A stretch of DNA of 34,076 nt, counting the filler, from an uncultured virus (IMG/VR IMGVR_UViG_2049941000_000254) (Duplodnaviria > Heunggongvirae > Uroviricota > Caudoviricetes). It is 4 parts of one record of this genome, joined end to end, with 100 filler letters (N's around TTAATTAATTAA, not from the genome) between each part and the next. Parts side by side here need not be neighbours in the genome. Positions count along the whole stretch, not along the records: positions 21,453 to 30,750 come from IMGVR_UViG_2049941000_000254; positions 30,851 to 33,117 come from IMGVR_UViG_2049941000_000254; positions 33,218 to 34,076 come from IMGVR_UViG_2049941000_000254; 1 more part is not named here. One strand, 5' to 3'. This document shows, in pieces, positions 28,215 through 34,076 of this stretch; position 1 is the stretch's first letter, and each line of letters opens with the position of its first letter. The position numbers and the translations under genes are program-made. The notes under the pieces are model-generated. The model was not told the origin of the DNA and made no database searches. It saw nothing but the letters and a program-made list of their open reading frames with translations.

Positions 28215-28503
28215 TTATACTGTCTGTACATCATTGGCCTCCACTTCCATCGCAGTCTTCATCGCCTCTTTGGCGACTTCAAGGCTGCATTGCGGATCGA
28301 GGTTCATGGGGCCGAAGAGGGTCACGAGGCCCATCACCATCCCGAAGTGCTTCTGCCCGGCAATACGGTAGTCACCGAAATGGTTATCGTACTTGTTCAA
28401 GGCATCTTCGCGGTCCTTGGCATGTACGATGAGGAAAGGTTCCCCGAATGTCGTGTTGTCCGGGTGCCTGGGGTCATAGCACCCTACAAGATATTTTAAC
28501 ATG
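28215..28503 (-). CDS. hypothetical protein
   Basis: GAGGT SD, MLKYLVGCYDP... Confidence 0.55.
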
Positions 28504-29206
28504 CCGATACCTCGATTGCATTGGTACATTTTTTCATAGCTTCATCAGAATCCTTTGCCATGACTGTAATGATTTCCTTGGTGAGATACCTGCCTACCTT
28601 GATAAGGTTCTTCCTTTCACTGCGCTTTCTGGACTTCAGTTCATCGGCATCAAGGTAACGGGTGACCTTGTATTCACGCTCATCACGATCATCCTGGAAC
28701 AGTCTAGTCATCTTGTTAAACTCTTCCTCGGTAATTTCTTTGAACTGCATATTTGCCAGCATATGCAGGTCGAGCCTGTAGTTAACCTTGTCGCCAAACA
28801 GGTCATAACAAGACATTTCAATATATCCGGAACCGGAACTAGTATTGACAGCACTGATATAAGATACGCACAGGAACTTCTTGACTGTTCGGGTAATCTG
28901 CTTGCCCCTATAATGGTAGAAATGCTCATTATACTCGCGTGAATAGATGGATACCGGGTCAACACTGATGAAAAACCCAGTATCATTGTATTCATCGTGA
29001 TATCCAATGACTTCCTTGTCAATCAGGATAAAAAACTTGCCCCGATACTTTTTGAAGAATCGGCCAACAAAGCGTTCGCGGTCGGATGACCAGTAGTTAT
29101 CCTTGGATTTAAACGTCTCGTACTTTTTGTTGATGAACAAGCTATGTGCTTCAAACTTATCAAGCACTCTCTTTACAGATTCTCTGTCAAACATATCATA
29201 TTTCAT
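28496..29206 (-). CDS. hypothetical protein, probable leaderless start
   Basis: TATATT-N6-ATG; 236 aa. Confidence 0.75.
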   Translation of the reverse strand: MKYDMFDRESVKRVLDKFEAHSLFINKKYETFKSKDNYWSSDRERFVGRFFKKYRGKFFILIDKEVIGYHDEYNDTGFFISVDPVSIYSREYNEHFYHYRGKQITRTVKKFLCVSYISAVNTSSGSGYIEMSCYDLFGDKVNYRLDLHMLANMQFKEITEEEFNKMTRLFQDDRDEREYKVTRYLDADELKSRKRSERKNLIKVGRYLTKEIITVMAKDSDEAMKKCTNAIEVSAC

Positions 29207-29212
29207 ACTGGG

Positions 29213-29253
29213 AATATAGCAAAAAAAGCCCCCCGTGGCAACGGGGAGCCTTC
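29213..29253 (-). promoter_or_regulatory. overlapping terminator and promoter
   Basis: GGCTCCCCG-TTGCCA-CGGGGGGC-T7-GC-TATATT: -35 is the hairpin loop, spacer 17. Confidence 0.75.
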
Positions 29254-29278
29254 ATGNNNNNNNNNNGACGCGCCAAAC

Positions 29279-29455
29279 TCAGTCGTACCAGTAGTCCGGC
29301 TTCTTCGAGATGCCGGCAAACCGGTCAAAATCGGATGACAAGAAGTTATCCTTCTTCTTAATCTGTTCGTATTTCTCGTTTCTAGCGTCATCGTGGTTAT
29401 CGAAAGTATCGATTACCCGCTTTACGATTTCTTTGTTAAACATGTCATATTTCAT
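29279..29455 (-). CDS. short chimeric ORF (paralog of the 28496-29206 N-terminus + SKKPDYWYD tail)
   Basis: MKYDMFNKEIVKRVIDTF...DFDRFAGI-SKKPDYWYD*. Confidence 0.6.
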   Translation of the reverse strand: MKYDMFNKEIVKRVIDTFDNHDDARNEKYEQIKKKDNFLSSDFDRFAGISKKPDYWYD

Positions 29456-29461
29456 ATTCTG

Positions 29462-29501
29462 AATATAGCAAAAAAGCGCCCCGTGGCAACGGGACGCCTT
29501 C
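29462..29501 (-). promoter_or_regulatory. overlapping terminator and promoter (second copy)
   Basis: GGCGTCCCG-TTGCCA-CGGGGCGC-T6-GC-TATATT-N6-ATG, spacer 16. Confidence 0.7.
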
Positions 29502-29546
29502 CTGAACAACGAAGTATCTACCTGTGTCGGAAGTGTTTTAAAAGTT

Positions 29547-29805
29547 GGCAGCGCTTTTCCACTACTCAGTCACCACGCAAGGTCTCGTTATGCGATTGGA
29601 CGCCGGCTTTGACGGGCTGGTTACCGTCACGAAGTCCGGCGGGCTCCCTTTCATCCACCTACCCGTTATCCCGGCACGTCGGGGTGTTCCTATTGCTAGG
29701 CGGTTTCTACTCGCTGCTGCTCTCTGACGTTGTTAGTGCCGGTGGAACCATAGCGTCCCGGTCCTTCAATGCGCCGTAGGGACCGGATTGGGCGAGTACG
29801 CTGCC
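29547..29805 (-). ncRNA. candidate unclassified structured RNA (~260 nt); strand tentative
   Basis: closing helices GGCAGCG/CGCTGCC and TACTC/GAGTA plus several internal helices; no credible ORF; followed by terminator. Confidence 0.55.
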
Positions 29806-29821
29806 GAGAAACCTCTCAGGC

Positions 29822-30001
29822 TCAATCATCATACCAGTAGTCAGGCTTCTTCGAGAGCTCGGTCATGCGGCGCTCTCGGGCGACCTTCTTGAGGTCGATG
29901 CCGGCGCACCTGGCGAAACTTTTTGCCGCCTTTGCCTGTTTGTTCCAGCGGGCATTCTTTTGCTCCTGGGTTTCCTCGATATGCTCTTTCTTCTCTTTCA
30001 T
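29822..30001 (-). CDS. small basic hypothetical protein ending SKKPDYWYDD
   Basis: GGAG SD before MKEKKEH... Confidence 0.6.
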   Translation of the reverse strand: MKEKKEHIEETQEQKNARWNKQAKAAKSFARCAGIDLKKVARERRMTELSKKPDYWYDD

Positions 30002-30033
30002 GCTTTCTCCATTCACTGTTAGTNNNNNNNNNN

Positions 30034-30750
30034 ATATTCGTCTGGAGTGCCGTTGTAATATAGCCTTTCCTTGCATGTCTTTCTTGTGGCGCCTACTGAC
30101 ACTGACATGAGCTGCATTTTCTTGAATTCGGCAACGCAAGTAAACGGGGCATCGTATTCGCTTAAAAATGCGTTGATTTTTAAGTCTTTTTTAAGCGACT
30201 TGAAAAGGTCGTAAAATCTATCGTAATCGAACTCGAAATCATACTTGTTCGTTCCCTTGTACGGAATGTCAAAATAGACAACATCAAATTCCTTATAGTC
30301 AATATCGAAAATATCCAACCGTTCCAACCGTTCCAACCGTTCCAACCGTTCCAACCGTTCCAACCGTTCCAGCCGATACAGGCGTNNNNNNNNNNAGCGT
30401 TGCATGGATTCGAGCTTTTGCAGGCGTTCTTTATCCTCGCTATCGTCGGTATTTATCAGCGCGTGGAATTTCCGGTAAAACTTTCGCCGTTGATCGAGCG
30501 TGTCGGCGGTAAGCATCTGCTCCGCAGCGAGCTTATATTCCTCTATCTGTTTTCCGTACATGTACGTCTTGCCATCGTTGCCGAACGAGGTACAATATTT
30601 GTTCACGCAGTCCTGAATGGTGAAGTCCCCGTTTTCAATACGTTGTAGGCTATTTGCGAAATCGTCGCTGGTGCAGACGGGCGGGTGTTCGTATTCAATC
30701 TGCCCCTTGTGAATCAGTACAGCGTCAAGCAGGGCGATCGTGGCGGGGTT
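30034..30750 (-). CDS. D12-class-like adenine DNA methyltransferase fragment with LER repeat insert
   Basis: VVYFDIPYKGT (DPPY-like motif IV), FDYDRFYD, FLSEY, ERLY; both ends in gaps. Confidence 0.7.
30314..30385. repeat. 9-bp tandem repeat (TCCAACCGT x6 perfect + 2 degenerate) encoding (LER)n
   Basis: direct reading. Confidence 0.95.
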
Positions 30751-30850
30751 NNNNNNNNNNNNNNNNNNNNNNNNNNNNNNNNNNNNNNNNNNNNTTAATT
30801 AATTAANNNNNNNNNNNNNNNNNNNNNNNNNNNNNNNNNNNNNNNNNNNN
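30751..30850. other. artificial contig linker
   Basis: N-run + TTAATTAATTAA + N-run. Confidence 0.97.
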
Positions 30851-30968
30851 CTTTTAGTTCTTCGTTTTCGCGCTTGAGGCTCTCGTACTCCTCAAGCGGT
30901 ATTTCGCACGTCATGATTGGCGGGTGTTCAGCGCCGGGGTGAGTCGGGTAGTGTTTTGTGTTGCTCAT
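30851..30968 (-). CDS. hypothetical protein N-terminus (MSNTKHYPTHPGAEHPPIMTCEIPLEEYESLKREN), truncated
   Basis: ATGA overlap, AAGGAG SD. Confidence 0.55.
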
Positions 30969-31276
30969 GCTGCTTGCTTCTCCTTTTTGCGTTGTCTGTA
31001 GTCCCTGTTCCACTTGGCTTTCCTCACCTTGTAGATGGGGTCGTCCTTGTGTCGTTGGCGATAATCTCTGTTGTGCTTCTTTACGGATTCGGGATGCTCC
31101 TTTTTCCATGCACGGGAAAGGGCTATGAAGTGCTGCGGGTCTTCGTCATAGTGCGCCTTGAAGATGCGCTTCTGTGCTGCCTTTTTGTTTCGGACACGGG
31201 CGTCAGCGATAAGGCACGTTACGACCGTGCCGTGCATGGCGTTTCGCTCCGCTATCATTGATTCCCAATCTTGCAT
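30965..31276 (-). CDS. basic hypothetical protein
   Basis: TAATG overlap start MQDWESMIAER... Confidence 0.55.
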   Translation of the reverse strand: MQDWESMIAERNAMHGTVVTCLIADARVRNKKAAQKRIFKAHYDEDPQHFIALSRAWKKEHPESVKKHNRDYRQRHKDDPIYKVRKAKWNRDYRQRKKEKQAA

Positions 31277-31404
31277 TACTTGCTCTCCGTTATCTTGTCC
31301 TTGAATCCGTTTGCGCAATTATCGCACAGGGGAACGAAGCCTCGTGCGTACTTGAGCCGGTATTCACTGCACTTGCGTTCGCGTCTGCACCACCAGCACT
31401 TCAT
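31276..31404 (-). CDS. 42-aa Cys-rich (CxxC...CxxC) protein, not in ORF track
   Basis: MKCWWCRRERKCSEYRLKYARGFVPLCDNCANGFKDKITESK*, AAGGAG SD, overlaps both neighbours. Confidence 0.55.
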   Translation of the reverse strand: MKCWWCRRERKCSEYRLKYARGFVPLCDNCANGFKDKITESK

Positions 31405-31732
31405 CACTTTATCTCCTTTTTAAAAACCACTACCATTGAAGGGAACGGTGCCGAGTTTTCTTGATTTCCGAATTTTAGGCGACCACGCACAAATCGGATT
31501 TCCGCTTTCCCATAGATGTATTCGTGAAACCATTTCGTGTCCGTCCTTGCGGGAAGTAGCATCACGNNNNNNNNNNGTCCTGTTCCTTTGTGAAGAAACG
31601 GGCGCATTTATGGTTGTTTTCGTCAGCGCACACGTCAAGCTGAAATTTGAATTCATTGTTCAACTTGTCAAAAAAATCTTGAGGCGTTGCCCATTTATCC
31701 GTTTTTGACGAGAACATCAAATCGTTATTCAT
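31404..31732 (-). CDS. dam: phage DNA N6-adenine methyltransferase (Dam family); central part in gap
   Basis: MFSSKTDKWATPQDFFDKLNNEFKFQLDVCA...VMLLPARTDTKWFHEYI...EIRFVRGRLKFG...APFPS. Confidence 0.9.
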
Positions 31733-32145
31733 GCTATCTCCTTGATAGATTTTTCCATTTTGTCAAGCGCATCTGTAATCAGCTTATCAGTTACCTTGTA
31801 TCCCCTGCATACGTCACGCACGAAGTGTTCCACCCTCAGCATGACGTTCGTAGCGCATTCGTGTACATCGAAGTTCGTGCTGTACTTCTGCATTACTGGG
31901 CTTCCCCTTCCGGCGGTCACGTCCTGTACATCGCATTCGTAATAGACTTTAGGATAGACAAGGGCGCACTTGATTCTCACGCACGGATAAATCTTTTTGC
32001 CCGTTCTCGCCTCAAATTCCATCATGTTTTCGGTAAGTACATCGCAGTCGTTTGCTCGTGCGTTTTTCCATGACGTGCAAAGATTCGGGCGATTTGTGTC
32101 GCTGGCTCTGTCAAGGTCTGGCAAAAGTGAGAGTTGGTCGGTCAT
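31729..32145 (-). CDS. hypothetical protein
   Basis: GGGAG SD, MTDQLSLL...; ATGA overlaps. Confidence 0.6.
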   Translation of the reverse strand: MTDQLSLLPDLDRASDTNRPNLCTSWKNARANDCDVLTENMMEFEARTGKKIYPCVRIKCALVYPKVYYECDVQDVTAGRGSPVMQKYSTNFDVHECATNVMLRVEHFVRDVCRGYKVTDKLITDALDKMEKSIKEIA

Positions 32146-32276
32146 ATAACATCTCCCTTCAATTTTTGGCGACGTTTGAACGGGATTTCCTTCGATAGCT
32201 CCTGAATGGCGTGCCACGGGTTTATCCAACGGTTCACCATAAGGATGAGCTGAATTTTCTTAGGGCNNNNNNNNNN

Positions 32277-32552
32277 GGCTCCGCATTGCGCGAACTCATG
32301 CAACGCTTGCGCCTTGTCGCCTTTCTGGTAGGCGTTGAAAGCCTCGGCTACTTCTTCCATAAGGACGTTGTCGGCGTACTCCTTCGCCATTGCATTACGT
32401 GCCTTGATTCGGCTCTCGGACTCTGCCCAGCTCACGTGGGAATCCGGGTCCAAGACGGCGTCGCAGAACTTGGGGTGCTTGCGACACGCGGCCTTGTGTT
32501 CGTCGATAATTCTGAACAAAAAGCCTTTCAGCTTTTCTGCATCTTCGCTCAT
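32277..32552 (-). CDS. MazG-like (all-alpha NTP pyrophosphatase) protein; 3' end in gap
   Basis: VLMEEVAEA......ALHEFAQCGA pattern. Confidence 0.55.
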
Positions 32553-32802
32553 TTTTCCTCCTTCGGAGCCGACGGAAGCGGCATCCAGTGCGTGACTGGA
32601 ATTTGAAATTCTTTAAGTATTGGCGAGTAATAGCAGCATTGAAGCATTCCTTTTTCGTTAATTACAAGGAACTTTATATCTTCGGTCGGCTTCTCGTCTG
32701 GGAACTTTCGCCATCGTTGCGCTTCTTTCAGTCCCGCAATCTCCGCATCTTTCGCCGCAATCACCTTGTCGGCTTCGGACTTGAGGTAGACTTGGGCTTC
32801 TT
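32549..32802 (-). CDS. DUF551-like phage protein (5' end at gap)
   Basis: RWRKFPDEKP...VTHWMPLPSAP. Confidence 0.75.
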
Positions 32803-32812
32803 NNNNNNNNNN

Positions 32813-33117
32813 ATTGGGTTATTCGGTGTAAACATTTTTCGGTTCCTAACGTAATTCGGATTGAAACCAGCGAGAAGCTCTGCAATGTACCGATAAGCCT
32901 TTGCTCGTGAGAACCACAACACATGTTTTGTGGCGCGGAGCTGTTGGGCACCGTTGAATTTAATTCGTTCGTCGATACGTTGCCTACTGTCGTATTCCTT
33001 GCAGCACTTTACCAAACGTTCGTTTTCGGCCTTGAGTTCCGCGTTCTCGCGCTTTAGGCTCTCGTACTCCTCAAGCGGTATCTCGCACGTCATTATCGGC
33101 GGGTGCGACTGGTTAGG
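32813..33117 (-). CDS. coiled-coil hypothetical protein fragment
   Basis: HPPIMTCEIPLEEYESLKRENAELKAENERL... Confidence 0.55.
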
Positions 33118-33217
33118 NNNNNNNNNNNNNNNNNNNNNNNNNNNNNNNNNNNNNNNNNNNNTTAATTAATTAANNNNNNNNNNNNNNNNNNNNNNNNNNN
33201 NNNNNNNNNNNNNNNNN
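33118..33217. other. artificial contig linker
   Basis: N-run + TTAATTAATTAA + N-run. Confidence 0.97.
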
Positions 33218-33568
33218 CTTATCTCGATGGTTTCTTGGTCGTAAAAAGGTTGCCGTCTTCGGGGCCGTATGACGGCGGTACGTTACCAGTATTATAGCCC
33301 CTTGGGTTGCTCGTCCTTATCGGTTCAGGCTGTCGAGAGCAAACTTTGTCCGTCTTTATCGCTGGAACGGACAAACCAGTTTTGCACGGAACTGTGTGTA
33401 ATACCCTTTTCGATTCGTCCGGCGCGGGATATTTGTTCGCCGTTGAACCTTGGTTGCCGTGCAAATTTTACCCTCCGGCGGCGGTACGGTATGTTTACGG
33501 TTGACCGATGAACAAGTTTGTGTGATTAGTGTTGTGTTCATGTGTCATGCCGCCATCGGGATAATCTC

Positions 33569-34076
33569 TTATGCGTTGTACTTTTCCGCTTCCTCTTTTG
33601 TGCGGAAGAAGTGGAACCCGCTCGTACATTCAATGTTGTACATGAGGTTGAAGTCCTCGATTTCGATGTCCTGCATGATCCGGTACTCAAAGTTATTGTC
33701 GTATGAGCTGTGCAATACTTCGTTCTGTCCGCCCATGTCGATGATGCGCGCCTTGTTCGTCCTGCACTTGCTTCCGTTGATGCAGAACACGATGGCACCC
33801 GCAGGAATCGTGGCGGTTATCACTACGCCCTCTTTCGTTTTCTTGTAGCCGGTCATCGGCTCTTTGAGAATTTGCCCGAGACGGATCTTTTCTTTTTCTT
33901 CGAGATTTGCGCGTTCGAGATTTGCGCCGTAGAGATTTGCGCCGTAGAGAATTGCGCCGTCGAGATTTGCGCCGTAGAGATTTGCGCCGTCGAGATTTGC
34001 GCCGTAGAGAATTGCGCCGTAGAGAATTGCGCCGTAGAGATTTGCGCGTTCGAGATTTGCGCCGTAGAGATTTGCG
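33569..34076 (-). CDS. pentapeptide-repeat protein with DUF5758 C-terminal domain; starts beyond window
   Basis: A(N/I)L(YG/DG/ER) repeats then GYKK...IPAGA...KCRTNKA...SSYD..F.Y...ECTSGFHFF. Confidence 0.88.
   Translation of the reverse strand, partial: ANLYGANLERANLYGAILYGAILYGANLDGANLYGANLDGAILYGANLYGANLERANLEEKEKIRLGQILKEPMTGYKKTKEGVVITATIPAGAIVFCINGSKCRTNKARIIDMGGQNEVLHSSYDNNFEYRIMQDIEIEDFNLMYNIECTSGFHFFRTKEEAEKYNA
33901..34076. repeat. 15-bp tandem repeat encoding pentapeptides
   Basis: GAGATTTGCGCCGTA-type units. Confidence 0.95.

Noticed and set aside
29547..29805. RNase P RNA (AGAAACCGCC, GATGAAAGG, GACGGTAA resemble its motifs)
   Set aside because: The universally conserved GAGGAAAGTCC and ACAGAA-CCGGCTTA P4 strands are absent
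21353..33217. Three identical TTAATTAATTAA palindromes
   Set aside because: Each is centred in a 100-nt N spacer: an artificial six-frame-stop contig linker, not biology
33901..34076. Regular repeats as a CRISPR array
   Set aside because: Head-to-tail 15-bp units without spacers, encoding pentapeptide repeats
1..34076. Stop-codon reassignment; tRNA genes; most plus-strand ORFs
   Set aside because: Recognisable genes are full length in code 11 and end at TAG, TGA and TAA; no cloverleaf was recognised; plus-strand ORFs other than 8369-8929 and 14577-15408 are shadows of minus-strand genes

Overview
Gene-dense, almost entirely minus-strand DNA from a gapped metagenomic scaffold. It has many 10-N gaps and three artificial N-TTAATTAATTAA-N contig linkers (21353-21452, 30751-30850, 33118-33217), so at least four contigs are joined and adjacency across linkers is not biological. 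1-30750 reads like the accessory region of a large (jumbo-type) phage. It holds many short hypothetical genes plus ClpP, an aspartoacylase/M14-family hydrolase, a MoxR-type AAA+ ATPase, a DUF2201-like VWA protein, HU/IHF, a PQ-loop/SemiSWEET-like membrane protein and an adenine methyltransferase. These are driven by a recurrent TTGCCA-N17-TAYATT promoter. 30851-34076 carries typical small-phage genes (Dam, DUF551, MazG-like, pentapeptide/DUF5758). Highlights: (1) four copies of one IscB/omegaRNA (OMEGA) element: one complete, two gap-truncated, one a protein-less omegaRNA mini-element. All three visible downstream junctions abut an ATRAA motif, two of them exactly at a host ATG. (2) A long TnpB with an IS607-like end and a separate ~125-bp mini-element sharing that end. 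(3) An unclassified ~260-nt highly base-paired intergenic RNA candidate at 29547-29805. (4) A split between leaderless and leadered promoters, some of them overlapping terminators. (5) An in-frame PQ-loop/HU fusion. No CRISPR array, tRNA or TnpA was seen.
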